Program-made: the position numbers and the translations under genes
Shown here: in pieces, positions 40,302 through 49,774 of the stretch
Layout: each line of letters begins with the position of its first letter
Position numbering within the stretch: position 1 is the stretch's first letter
Origin: Acidobacteriota bacterium
GTDB lineage: Bacteria; Acidobacteriota; Thermoanaerobaculia; Gp7-AA8
Length of the DNA: 64,000 nucleotides
NCBI GenBank assembly: GCA_021781455.1
Contig: JAJXWV010000047.1
Location: 158,120 to 222,119 of the forward strand
Reading direction: 5' to 3'
The notes under the pieces: generated by a model
What the model saw: the letters and a program-made list of their open reading frames with translations, nothing else
Database searches by the model: none
What the model was told of the DNA's origin: nothing

Positions 40302-40705
40302 CGAAACAACGGCGGGAGCAGCCGGATGCACTTCCCCGCTGGGAACGCTTCTACGCCGCGGTCCGGCGCGTGCCGCGCGGGCGCGTGGCCACCTACGGCC
40401 AGATTGCGGAGCTCGCCGGTTTGGACGGGCATGCCCGCCAGGTCGGCTACGCGCTGCACGCCCTTCCCTCCCGATCCGGCGTCCCGTGGCACCGCGTCGT
40501 CAACGCCCGTGGTGAATTGAGCGCGCGATCGAGCGGCGATTCCCACGAGCTGCAGCGGCACCTGCTCGAGGCGGAGGGAATCGCGTTCGATGCGCGAGGA
40601 AGGATCGATCTGGAGCGGTTTCGGTGGAAGGGCCGTTCGCCGCTCTCACAAAAAAACAGCCGGCCGCAGAAAGCGCAGCCGGCTGCAAGAGACGACCTGC
40701 CATGA
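40259..40705 (+). CDS. Alkyltransferase-like protein (MGMT family, Atl/YbaZ type); start uncertain
   Basis: VPRGRVATYGQIA, ARQVGYAL, PWHRVVN (Trp in place of the catalytic Cys) and LEAEG motifs. Confidence 0.88.
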   Translation: MVKMNSERRIQNEESKQRREQPDALPRWERFYAAVRRVPRGRVATYGQIAELAGLDGHARQVGYALHALPSRSGVPWHRVVNARGELSARSSGDSHELQRHLLEAEGIAFDARGRIDLERFRWKGRSPLSQKNSRPQKAQPAARDDLP

Positions 40706-40706
40706 C

Positions 40707-41528
40707 TTATGGGATCACGGGCGCCGGCGGCACCGTCACCTTCTTCGGCGGGTTCTTCGCCAGCTCATCCATCAGCACCTTGACACCCATCTCCAGCGAC
40801 GGGTCGTGGCCGGCGGCGACGAGATCGGGGCGGTCGACCACCTCGATGTCCGGCGACACGCCCGTCCCTTCCACCGCCCACATGCCGTGGGTATCGAGAA
40901 AGCGGAACTGCGGAGCGGAGATGCCTCCACCGCCCATGAGCGACGGGTTGCCGGAGATGCCGATCAGCCCACCCCAGGTGCGCGTCCCGATCAGCTTGCC
41001 GATGCCGCGTTCTCGGAAGTAGTACGGCAGCGCGTCGCCGCCGGATGACGAGAAGCCGTTGATGAGCATCACCTTCGGCCCGGCGTTCGCGTAGGCCGGG
41101 GTCTGGGAAGGCTTCTCGCCGCGGCGGACCCAGTAGTTGAGGATCGGCCGGTCGAGCAGCTCGATCATCCGGTCGGGGATGAACCCACCGCCGTTGTAGC
41201 GGTCGTCGATGATCAGCGCGTCCTTGTCGACCTGCGGGTAGAAGTACTTGAACAGCTCCTGGTTGCCCTCGTTCGCCGGGTCGGGGAGGTGGATGTAGCC
41301 GATGCGGCCGCCGGAGAGCTTGTCGACCAGGGCGCGCCGCGAGTCGACCCAGTCGAGATAGCGGAGGTCGGTCTCCTTCGCGGTCGCCCTGACCTTCTCC
41401 TCGTGGGCACCGGCCAGCTCGGGCTTCGAGTTGAGGAGCAGCGTCACGATGCGGTTGGCCTTGTTCTCCAGCAGGCGGTAGAAGTTGTCCACGCCCTTCG
41501 TGGTGGCGCCGTCGACGGCCAGGATGTA
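40707..41528 (-). pseudogene. 5'-truncated tricorn-like S41 protease (part of PDZ plus C2 catalytic domain only)
   Basis: YILAVDG...GRIGYIHLP...IIDDRYNGGG...SSGGD...GTRTWGGLIG...EG.GV.PDIEV. The frame runs upstream straight into a heptamer repeat and hits TGA after 6 repeat codons. No signal peptide or propeller domains. Confidence 0.82.
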
Positions 41529-41551
41529 GGACTCAGGACTCAGGACTCAGG
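41529..41551. repeat. Heptamer tandem (GGACTCA)x3, single arm at the protease breakpoint
   Basis: Read directly. Confidence 0.85.
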
Positions 41552-41583
41552 TAACCTGTTCCCCGACAACTTGATATCCATCG

Positions 41584-43374
41584 ATGTCGCTCACGCAATT
41601 GCCCCCGCCGCCTGATGCAACAGCCGCCAGCCCGGCCGCGCCGGGGCTGCTCAGCCGCCTCGTTTCCTACATCCGGTTTCTCGCCCAACGCTTTTTTCTC
41701 CTCACCCTGATTCTCATCGGCGCGTCCTGCGGCGTTCTCGCGGTCCTCTTCCACCAGTATGTCGAGCTGGCACGGCATTACCTGATCGGGCGCGCGCTCG
41801 AGCAGCACGGGGTGGCGCACGTGATCTTCGTCGTGGCCACGCCGACGATCCTCTTCTCCGCCCTGGCCTGGGCGATTCGCCGCTTTGCTCCGCGGGCCGT
41901 CGGCGCCAATCTGGCCCGGGTGCGCATGGCCTACAACCAGGATCCATCGCTTCTCGGCCCGCGCGCCGTCGGCGCCACGCTGATTGCCACGCCGCTCTCC
42001 CTCGGAGCCGGCGCGCCGCTCGGTCCGGAGGGACCGATCACGGTCATCACGGCGGGGTTTTCCGCCGCCATTGCCAGGGTGCTCAAACTTCCGCGGAAGA
42101 TCGTGCGCGGCATGATCCCGATCGGCGTGGCCGCCGGGATCTCCGCGATTTTCAACACGCCGATTACAGGCGTCGTCTTCGCGCTGGAGGAGATCCTCGG
42201 CACTGCCGAGCGCGGCATCCTGGGCGGTGTCCTGGTCGGCTCCGTGGCCGCCGCCGTCGTCGAACGAATGCTTCTCGGCGGCCGTCCGACGCTTTCCGCG
42301 CCATTCTCGTCGTGGAGCGATCCGCGCGAGCTGATCGGGTTCGCGATCGTTGGCGTCGTCGCTGGCGTGGCTTCCGGATTCGCGATCGCCGTGGCGCACC
42401 GTCTGAAGCGGCGCTGGGCCGCGGTGATGCCGTCGATCGTGCTGCGCGCCGCGCTGGCCGGCCTGCTGATCGGCGCTGCCGGCCTCCTCGCTCCGGAGAT
42501 CCTCGGCGTCGGCTACGACTCGGTCTCGTTCTGGCTGAACGGCGGGTCGGGCGCCTACACGACGGGGCTGGCCTTCCTGGTCAAGATCGTCGCGTTCGTG
42601 ATCGCCATCAGCGGCGGCATCATCGGCGGGACGTTCGCACCGTCGCTGTTCATCGGCACGGCACTCGGCGCGGCGATCGGCCACGGCGCGCAGGACATCT
42701 TCCCGAATGCCGGGATCGACCCGAAGGCCTACGCCATTCTCGGCATGGGCACGTTCTTCGCCGGTCTGCTGCGCAGCCCGATCGCGGCGGTGCTGATCGT
42801 GGTGGAGCTGACACGCGACTACGAGCTGATCGTGCCGCTGATGCTGGGTGTGTCGCTGGCGGTGGCGATCTCGCGACGCATCTCGCCGCTGTCGATCGTC
42901 GAGCAGCAGATGGTCGATGAAGGGTGGATCGAGGAGCACAAAGCGGCGGATCCCCTGGCCCACGTGCTCGCGTCCGAGACCATGGTGCCGAACGCGGTGA
43001 CCTTGCCGATCGACGCCACGCTCATCGACGCCACCCGCAAGGTGGCCGGGACGCGCCATCGTTTCTATCCGGTCGTGGATGGCGAAGGGAGGCTGGCGGG
43101 AGTGGTGACGCGCGAGGCCATCGACGCAGCGGCGGTGGCGGGCCGTCTTGACGAGTTGGTACGCGACCTCGTGGAACAGCCGAAGCTCGTGGCCCGCGAC
43201 ACCGACCTCGTGGTCGACCTCGTCAAGCAGATGCAGATCCGAAGCGTGGACCGGTGTCCGGTCGTCGATGCCGCACAGCGCGTCGTCGGATTCCTCAGCC
43301 CGTCGGATCTCCTCCGCGCGCGCATCGCGCATTCGACGGAGACGCAGGACGAAGCGTTCGAGTTCTTCGAATGA
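41584..43374 (+). CDS. ClC family chloride channel/antiporter with CBS pair
   Basis: LGPEGP, FNTPITGVVFALEE, GGTFAPSLFIG and P.AAVLIVVELT motifs; C-terminal CBS domains. Confidence 0.92.
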   Translation: MSLTQLPPPPDATAASPAAPGLLSRLVSYIRFLAQRFFLLTLILIGASCGVLAVLFHQYVELARHYLIGRALEQHGVAHVIFVVATPTILFSALAWAIRRFAPRAVGANLARVRMAYNQDPSLLGPRAVGATLIATPLSLGAGAPLGPEGPITVITAGFSAAIARVLKLPRKIVRGMIPIGVAAGISAIFNTPITGVVFALEEILGTAERGILGGVLVGSVAAAVVERMLLGGRPTLSAPFSSWSDPRELIGFAIVGVVAGVASGFAIAVAHRLKRRWAAVMPSIVLRAALAGLLIGAAGLLAPEILGVGYDSVSFWLNGGSGAYTTGLAFLVKIVAFVIAISGGIIGGTFAPSLFIGTALGAAIGHGAQDIFPNAGIDPKAYAILGMGTFFAGLLRSPIAAVLIVVELTRDYELIVPLMLGVSLAVAISRRISPLSIVEQQMVDEGWIEEHKAADPLAHVLASETMVPNAVTLPIDATLIDATRKVAGTRHRFYPVVDGEGRLAGVVTREAIDAAAVAGRLDELVRDLVEQPKLVARDTDLVVDLVKQMQIRSVDRCPVVDAAQRVVGFLSPSDLLRARIAHSTETQDEAFEFFE

Positions 43375-44171
43375 AAACCAAGGCGCTGGCAATCATCATC
43401 ACGGCCGCCATGCTCTCGGCGTGCAGGCACCCGGCCGCCGAGCAGAAGCCGGTCACGATCGCCGCATCGACCGAAGTTGCCGCGACGGGGCTCCCGCAGC
43501 TCCTGCTGAAGCGGTTCGTCGGCGAGACGCACGTGAAGGCCACGTTCATTGCGGCCAGCGACGAGGCGCTGGAGAGTGCGGCACGCAGCGGGAAGATCGA
43601 CGTGGCGATCGTCAACTCGCCCGCGGTGGTCGCCGCATTCCGGCACTCAAACCTGGTGAAGCTCGGCAGCGTCTTCGCGTACGACGACTACATCATCGCC
43701 GGTCCGCGGAAGGACCCGGCCAGGGCACGATCAGCGAAAACGGCGGCCGAGGCATTCCGGAGGATCGTCAGGAGCCGACACCGGTTCTGTTCGCCCGCCG
43801 ACGTGCAGGGACTGCGCGAACGCGAGAACCAGGTCTGGAGCCTCGCGAAGATCAATCCGAAGAAGGCCCGATACGTGCTCTGCCACGGCACGGCGGCGGC
43901 CGCGCTGGATGAGGCCAACCGGCTCGACGCATACACGATCACCGACCGCGCCACGATCGCAACCGTCAAGGCCAGTCGCCTCGAGCCGCTCCTCGAAGGC
44001 GTACCGATGCTGCACAACGACTACACCGCCGTCCTGCTCACCGCTCCGGAAAAGAACCGCAACGCCGAGTGGTTCATGCAGTGGCTGATGTCGTATCGGG
44101 GACGCGACGCAGTGGAGGACTACCGGTTCGATGGCGGGAGACGGTTCTTTCTGGCGGAACAGCGGTTTTAG
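43371..44171 (+). CDS. TupA-like periplasmic substrate-binding lipoprotein (divergent)
   Basis: MLSAC lipobox; T....TGL, G..D, YIIAGP.KDPA, AYTITDRAT and L.N.Y motifs; ATGA overlap with the ClC gene. Confidence 0.72.
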   Translation: MKTKALAIIITAAMLSACRHPAAEQKPVTIAASTEVAATGLPQLLLKRFVGETHVKATFIAASDEALESAARSGKIDVAIVNSPAVVAAFRHSNLVKLGSVFAYDDYIIAGPRKDPARARSAKTAAEAFRRIVRSRHRFCSPADVQGLRERENQVWSLAKINPKKARYVLCHGTAAAALDEANRLDAYTITDRATIATVKASRLEPLLEGVPMLHNDYTAVLLTAPEKNRNAEWFMQWLMSYRGRDAVEDYRFDGGRRFFLAEQRF

Positions 44172-44217
44172 TCCTGAGTGCTGAGTCCTGAGTCCTGAGT
44201 TGGGCCACTCAGGACTC
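44171..44217. repeat. Two-armed heptamer array (CTGAGTC/G)x4 - TGGGCC - ACTCAGGACTC
   Basis: Fills the whole gap between two convergent genes. Confidence 0.88.
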
Positions 44218-44218
44218 C

Positions 44219-45631
44219 TCAGAAGTACTTCAGCGTCAGGTCGACGATCTTCCGCTTGAACTTGTTGTACGGCGGGTACATCAGCTGGATCGAGCTGAAA
44301 CGGGTCGGCTGCTGGAGGATGCCGCGGGCGTTGGAGAAGGCTTCGAATCCGAAGAAGCCGTGCGATTTCCCGATTCCGCTTTCCCCCACGCCACCGAATG
44401 GCAGATAGAGCTGGAAGAAGTGAATCAGAGTCTCGTTGACCGCGGTTCCGCCGGCCGTCGTCCCGCCTAACACCTCGCGGATGATGCGGCGATCGCGGCT
44501 GAACAGGTAGAGGACCAGCGGCTTCTCCCTCTCCGCGATGGTGTTCAGCGCCTCGTCGATGGTGCGGTATGTCGAAACGGGCAGCAGCGGGCCGAAGATC
44601 TCCTGCTTCATCAGGGTCGCGTCCGGACTGACGTTTTCCAGAATCGTCACCGGGAAATCGCGCTCTTTCGATTCTCCTCCTGCCAGGACCTTCGCACCGC
44701 GCTGAAGAGCGTCGTCGAGCAGCTGGCGGATCCGCGTCGCGTACGCTGAGGTCACCAGCAGGCCGCGGGAACCCTCGCCGCCGATCTCCGCGATCGCCGA
44801 GCGCAGCTTCTCCAGGAACGGCTCGCGCACTTTCTCGTCGACGAGAAGGTAATCCGGGGCGATGCAGACCTGCCCCGAGTTGAAGCACTTCCCCCAGGCG
44901 ATCTTCTTCGCGGCCTCGTCGAGGTTCGCCGTGCCGTCGATGATGGCGGGCGATTTCCCCCCCAGCTCCAGCGTCACGGACGTCAGGTACTCGGCGGCGG
45001 CCTTCATCACGATGCGGCCCACCCGCGGACTGCCGGTGAAGAAGATGTGGTCGAAGCGCTTCTTCAGCAGCGCGGCCGCCACCTCGGCGTCCCCCTCGAT
45101 GACCGCTACTTCGCTCTCGTCGAAGATCTCCGCCAGGATCTTCTTCATGCAGGCGCTCGAGTGCGGCGTCATCTCCGATGGCTTGAGAATCGCGCAGTTG
45201 CCGGCGGCGACCGCGGAGACGAGCGGCCCGAGCGTCAGGTTGAAGGGGAAGTTCCAGGGGGCCAGGATCAGGACCATGCCCTTGGGCTCGTAGAGGATCT
45301 TCGAGCGCGATCCGAGGAGCGACAGAGGTGTGGACACTCGCCGCGGCTTCATCCAGCGGCGCAGATGGCGCCTCGCGTGGCGTGCCTCGCCGACGACGGC
45401 GAAGATCTCCGAGAGATCGACCTCCGGGACCGGCTTCTGGTAGTCGGCCCACATGGCTGCGCGGATCTCGTCTCGATGAGCGAGCATGGCCCGCTCGATT
45501 TTGCGCAGCTTCTCGATCCGCTGTGCGACCGTCGTCTGCACGATCGCCGGCCGGCGTTTCTGCTGGAGCTCGTAGAGGCGGTCGATCTCCCCGACCGCCG
45601 TGGCGCGGGTGAACTGAAGCTCTGCGGTCAT
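44219..45631 (-). CDS. Aldehyde dehydrogenase (ALDH3/coniferyl aldehyde dehydrogenase-like)
   Basis: EPKG...PWNFP, LKPSE, FTGS, LELGGKSP, NSGQVCIAPDY, EIFGP and PFGGVGESG.G motifs. Confidence 0.93.
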   Translation of the reverse strand: MTAELQFTRATAVGEIDRLYELQQKRRPAIVQTTVAQRIEKLRKIERAMLAHRDEIRAAMWADYQKPVPEVDLSEIFAVVGEARHARRHLRRWMKPRRVSTPLSLLGSRSKILYEPKGMVLILAPWNFPFNLTLGPLVSAVAAGNCAILKPSEMTPHSSACMKKILAEIFDESEVAVIEGDAEVAAALLKKRFDHIFFTGSPRVGRIVMKAAAEYLTSVTLELGGKSPAIIDGTANLDEAAKKIAWGKCFNSGQVCIAPDYLLVDEKVREPFLEKLRSAIAEIGGEGSRGLLVTSAYATRIRQLLDDALQRGAKVLAGGESKERDFPVTILENVSPDATLMKQEIFGPLLPVSTYRTIDEALNTIAEREKPLVLYLFSRDRRIIREVLGGTTAGGTAVNETLIHFFQLYLPFGGVGESGIGKSHGFFGFEAFSNARGILQQPTRFSSIQLMYPPYNKFKRKIVDLTLKYF

Positions 45632-45690
45632 GATGGCCCGATTCTATTCGCTCGCGGCAGTGCGGGGGTAAGTGCGGCTCGACGCCCGAG

Positions 45691-46239
45691 TCAACGTGTT
45701 TGCGGCCGCCGTTCCCACTCGCTTCGCAGGATCGACCACCAGGTCACGTCGACGTACTGGTCCCACTTCCGGATTGCCTGGCGCCACGTGCCTTCGCGCT
45801 GCATCCCGCATTTCGCCAGCACGCGGCCGGACTGCGGATTTCTCGTGAAGTGGCAGGCTTCGATGCGGTTGAGCCCTCGCTGCTCGAACCCGTACGCGAT
45901 CACCGCGGAGGCCGCTTCCGTGGCATAGCCGCGCCCCCAGTACGGCACTCCGATCCAGTATCCGATCTCGGCCTTGTCGTGCTCTTTCGGCACGAGGCCG
46001 ACCGCGCCGGCAAGCTCGCCCGTCTCCCGCGGAACGATCGCGAACACGGTCTCGGGGGCCTCCGGCTGTCGAATCCTCTCGATCCACGCTTCGGCCACGC
46101 CATCGAGATACGGATGTGGGATGTGCAGCGTGTTGAGCGCCACTTCGCGCGCACCGGCCAACCGCTGCACGTCCGTGGCATCGGTCGCCGCGAACGGCCG
46201 GAGGATCAGCCGCTCCGTCGTCAGTGTGGGGGGTTGCAC
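45691..46239 (-). CDS. RimJ/RimL-type GNAT N-acetyltransferase
   Basis: L.TERL.LRP, AEIGYWIG..YWGRGYATEA and N..S.RVL.K.GM..EG motifs. GTG 46239 chosen from the upstream TAGAAT box. Confidence 0.9.
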   Translation of the reverse strand: MQPPTLTTERLILRPFAATDATDVQRLAGAREVALNTLHIPHPYLDGVAEAWIERIRQPEAPETVFAIVPRETGELAGAVGLVPKEHDKAEIGYWIGVPYWGRGYATEAASAVIAYGFEQRGLNRIEACHFTRNPQSGRVLAKCGMQREGTWRQAIRKWDQYVDVTWWSILRSEWERRPQTR

Positions 46240-46295
46240 AGCCCCAGATTCTACGGGAGGGAACGCAAGCGGTCTCACCCTGGTCGTCCCTGGCG

Positions 46296-46386
46296 GCGAG
46301 GGATCTGGGTGTGCGGGCGGCGCGCTGAATGAGCAGAACCTGCCGCCCCACCCTCCCAGATCCCTCGCTCACGCTCGGAATGACGG
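46296..46386 (-). repeat. Family A2 element
   Basis: Its reverse complement aligns with 62728-62820 and with the intragenic copy at 17309-17411. Confidence 0.88.
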
Positions 46387-46396
46387 TGCGGAAGGG

Positions 46397-47104
46397 CTAC
46401 GGGAAATCGACTTCGGCGATTTCCTTGAAGGTGAAGTAGGTCTGCTGATAGGTGGTGTGATCGCGGCCGCCGATGAAGCAGTCATAGGTGTAGCAGTCGA
46501 ACACCAGAGAGACGTGCTGGCGCTCGCCGCTCTTCAAGTCGACGTCGAACCAGAGGACGGGCCTGTTGCAGCAGGCGCCTCCCTCCGAACTGACGGCCGG
46601 CCCGAGGATGCGGGCGATCTGGCTGCGATCGACGTCCAGCTCGCTGCCGTTCGCACAGAACCGGGCGGTCGGACTGCTCAGCACGCTCGCCAACGGCTGG
46701 GCATAAACGAACTGGAAGGTCTCGAAATCGAGCTGCACGGTCTGTCCGCTCGTCGTGTGGACCGTGACCGTGGAGCGCGGCTGCAGCTTGATCGGCACGC
46801 CGGGCGTGCCGGACTGCACGACGACCGTGACCTGGGCCGTGTCGTAGCCGCTGCGGCTGACGACGAGCGTGGCCTGCTTGCCGGGGTAAACCGGAATCGT
46901 GAAGGCGCCGTTGTTGCCGGTAGTCGTGGTGGTGGAACCGTTGGCGACCTGCGCGCCAATGACGGGCTGCCCCGTGACGGCATCGACGACGGTCGAGCTG
47001 TAGAGAATCGGCCCTTCGGGCACGGCCACGGCTCGAACCCGCGCAAAGGCGGGCCAGGCAACGACGAGCGAGAGCAGAAGGATGTTCCTGATCGAGTTCT
47101 TCAT
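46397..47104 (-). CDS. Secreted protein with carboxypeptidase-regulatory-like (Cna-B type) domain
   Basis: Signal peptide; V.DA.TG.P..GA.V...T...G.F....SGY pattern. Confidence 0.72.
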   Translation of the reverse strand: MKNSIRNILLLSLVVAWPAFARVRAVAVPEGPILYSSTVVDAVTGQPVIGAQVANGSTTTTTGNNGAFTIPVYPGKQATLVVSRSGYDTAQVTVVVQSGTPGVPIKLQPRSTVTVHTTSGQTVQLDFETFQFVYAQPLASVLSSPTARFCANGSELDVDRSQIARILGPAVSSEGGACCNRPVLWFDVDLKSGERQHVSLVFDCYTYDCFIGGRDHTTYQQTYFTFKEIAEVDFP

Positions 47105-47160
47105 GAATTGTCCTTGCCACATTCTACGAAGCTGAAAGGGAAAGCGTCGCCCCCTTTTTC

Positions 47161-47242
47161 CGGGTCACGAGGTTGCGAGGTTGCGAGGCATCGACGGCCT
47201 CGTGATCTCGAAACCTCGCGACCTCGAAACCTCGCGACCCCG
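47161..47242. repeat. Two-armed octamer array (GGTTGCGA / ACCTCGCG-ACCTCGAA)
   Basis: 8-bp periodic inverted arms downstream of batD. Confidence 0.75.
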
Positions 47243-47244
47243 CC

Positions 47245-48822
47245 TCAACGTACCGTCTGCACCAGATCGCGGACTCGTGTCTCCAGATCGCCATCGGCGA
47301 TGCGTTCGCGGTCGAGAGCATCGGCAAGCGAGCGAAAGGCGCGGTAAGCGTCTCCGCGGTCGCTCGGCTCGACCGACAGCGCGGTGGCGTCGATGCCGCG
47401 GGCCTGAAGCCAGGCGTGGACGCGATCGCGCACTGCCGCCGGCGCGGCATCTTCGACCAGGGCTCGCACCTCGCGACGCAGCCGCAGCCACGATCGGAGC
47501 CGGGGCACGAACACCGCGGCCGCGAGCAAGACGACCACCAGCGCGCCGATCCAGGGAATCAGATCACTCGGCGAATGCCGGAGCGGCATCGCTCTGCCTC
47601 CGGCCGATGGCCGCGAAACCGCCGCTGCGTCGACCGTCAGTGCCGCCCCTCCGCAGCGAAGCCGGGCCCGCCGCGCGGTCGCGGTGTTGAACGCGCTGGT
47701 CACGACCGGCGGCACGTTCATCGTTCCGCTGCGTGACGGGAAGATCAGGATCTGCCATTTCCGCGACATCACCACGCCGGCCGGCGAGCGCTGAACCGAC
47801 AACGGCGCAGGCTGGATCTGCACCTCGCCGTCGACCGCCCCGTCCAGGTGCGGCGGCTCGACCCCGCGCAGATTGGCCCTCCCGCGCAGAGTCACCGACA
47901 TGGCCACCGGGCCGCCCGCCTTCTGCGCGGGCGGAGTGCAGTCCAGCAAGACCTCGCCGATCACGGCCGGCGTCGGGCCGGGCGGCAGCGGGCGCGCTTC
48001 GACTTCCAGCGGCGCCGATTCGAATCCCGTCTCCACCAGCGTTCCCTCGAACAGCGAGGCGGGACTGCTGTCGAAGCGGCGCATCACCTGGGCGTTCACT
48101 TCCATCCCGGCTACCCGAAGCGTGCCGCTGTGCAGCGGGAAGAGCGCCACGCGGCGGATGGCCATCTTCAGCAGCGTGCGGTCTCCGACGAGAACCCGTT
48201 CCGGCTCTTCGTTGCGCGTCTCGATCTCTTCGGTCCAGAAGTCGTCGAGCTTTGGCGCCGCTCCAATCTGCCACTGCTCGACGTTCGTGCCGTTGTAGAG
48301 ATACCAGGTGACGACGACCTGCTCTCCCACCCAGACGCTGCTCTTGTCGGCTTCGGCCACCACGAAGAACGGCTCGCGGCCGGTGGCGAGCAGCTCATGC
48401 AGGATGGTCAGCGGGTCGTTGGTCTCGCTGGCCCGGTCGACGATGATCTCGAGTGCAACCGCAGGCAGCGTCTCCCGCTGCCCTCCCTCACCGTTGACCA
48501 CCAGAGGCCCGACCATCGCGCCTCCCGGCTGCAGGGGCCGGGCCGTGAATGTGAAGACCTTTCGCCGAGTCACCGTGCCGTTGATCCACGACATCTCCGA
48601 AGAGACCGACGGCGCTCCGTCGATGGCCAGGTTTTGCACCGGCACACGGATCGTGTCGTTGACCGCAAACGCTCCCTCGAGCGTGACCACGATCGACACC
48701 GGCTCGTCGATGCGCACCGTCCGACGGTCGACGGTCAGGCTGTCCGCGAGGGCGGAGGAGCCGATCATTACGGACGCGGTGAGCGCCAATCGAAGGAAAA
48801 GCTTCAAATGTTGAATGTTCAA
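47245..48822 (-). CDS. BatD family protein
   Basis: Signal peptide; S.S.EMSWING, F...AEADK..V.VGEQV.VT.YLY and LFP..SG.L motifs; C-terminal TM; Bat operon context. Start uncertain because it overlaps a repeat. Confidence 0.8.
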   Translation of the reverse strand: MNIQHLKLFLRLALTASVMIGSSALADSLTVDRRTVRIDEPVSIVVTLEGAFAVNDTIRVPVQNLAIDGAPSVSSEMSWINGTVTRRKVFTFTARPLQPGGAMVGPLVVNGEGGQRETLPAVALEIIVDRASETNDPLTILHELLATGREPFFVVAEADKSSVWVGEQVVVTWYLYNGTNVEQWQIGAAPKLDDFWTEEIETRNEEPERVLVGDRTLLKMAIRRVALFPLHSGTLRVAGMEVNAQVMRRFDSSPASLFEGTLVETGFESAPLEVEARPLPPGPTPAVIGEVLLDCTPPAQKAGGPVAMSVTLRGRANLRGVEPPHLDGAVDGEVQIQPAPLSVQRSPAGVVMSRKWQILIFPSRSGTMNVPPVVTSAFNTATARRARLRCGGAALTVDAAAVSRPSAGGRAMPLRHSPSDLIPWIGALVVVLLAAAVFVPRLRSWLRLRREVRALVEDAAPAAVRDRVHAWLQARGIDATALSVEPSDRGDAYRAFRSLADALDRERIADGDLETRVRDLVQTVR

Positions 48823-48932
48823 TGTTCAATGTTGAATGCCGTGTGACTCCCGTTCCTTCATTCAACATTCAACATTCAACATTCAACATTCCCTCTGGTC
48901 ATTTTCAATTTTCAATTCTCAATTCTCAATTC
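48806..48932. repeat. Two-armed heptamer array (AATGTTS)n - spacer - (CAACATT)n, plus an extra CAATTTT/CAATTCT arm
   Basis: Read directly; batC-batD junction. Confidence 0.9.
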
Positions 48933-48936
48933 ACCC

Positions 48937-49578
48937 TCACCACCCCACCCGCCCGCGTTCCGCCTTCGCCCGCTTCATGCGATTGAGCTCTTCCTGTTCC
49001 TGCTCCTGGACGGCTCGGAGAAGCGCCTCGGCGTTCTGCTCGTTGCCGCTCGGCTGCCTCTTCTGCATCCCGGCTGGCGATTCCGGAGGCCGCTTCTGGT
49101 TCGGCTGCGAGCCGCTCGGATTGTTCTGCTGGCCCGAGGCCGACCGCTTCTGCTCTTCCCGTTTCGCCAGCGCGATCTCCAGGTTGCGCTTGGCCTCTGC
49201 GTCGGCCGGCCGCAGCCGCAGCGCCGCGGTGTAATCGCGTACAGCGCTGTCGAAAGCATTTGCCGAAAGGGCGCTGTTGCCGCGGTTGTAGAGCGCCGAG
49301 GCGCGAAGCGAGGGATCGCCCATCGCGGCAGTGAGGCTTCCCGAGCCCTGTTCGCGCTGGCCGGCGGCGATCTGCGACGTACCGAGGTTGAAGGCGTTGG
49401 CGGGAGAAGGAGCGGCGGCGTTCGCGGCCGAGAATGCCGTCGCGGATTCCGCGTACTGGCGCGACTGGTAGGCCTTCACCCCTCGAACGTTCGCTGCGTG
49501 CGAGTTCGTAGCAAAGGTGGCGCGGTGCCAGAGGTTGACGAGAGAAAAGGGGATCAGAGCCAGAATCAGAATCTTCAT
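48937..49578 (-). CDS. BatC-like TPR protein
   Basis: AFNLG, ALYNRGN and Y..ALRL.P.D.EAK.NLE.A motifs; Q-rich linker; AEALL....QE...GW C-terminus. Confidence 0.82.
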   Translation of the reverse strand: MKILILALIPFSLVNLWHRATFATNSHAANVRGVKAYQSRQYAESATAFSAANAAAPSPANAFNLGTSQIAAGQREQGSGSLTAAMGDPSLRASALYNRGNSALSANAFDSAVRDYTAALRLRPADAEAKRNLEIALAKREEQKRSASGQQNNPSGSQPNQKRPPESPAGMQKRQPSGNEQNAEALLRAVQEQEQEELNRMKRAKAERGRVGW

Positions 49579-49584
49579 GACCGA

Positions 49585-49771
49585 CCCCTCATCCGGCCGA
49601 AGCCTGCCCTGAGCGAGCGCCAAGCGCGAGTCGAAGGGGCCACCTTCTCCCCGCTGCGGCGGGGAGAAGGGCCACGATACTCACAATCCGCAAATCGCGA
49701 TCCGCCATCCGCAATTCGCGATCCGCCATAACGCAATTCGCGATTCAGCCTGCGCTCTGCGCTCTGCGCTC
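49585..49771. repeat. Family C element plus degenerate heptamer arrays (CAATCCG/CGATCCG/CAATTCG and GCGCTCT)
   Basis: Read directly; batB-batC junction. Confidence 0.8.
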
Positions 49772-49774
49772 TCC

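Noticed and set aside
48010-48035. TTCGAATCCC resembling a tRNA T-loop
   Set aside because: It lies inside batD coding sequence and no cloverleaf is evident.
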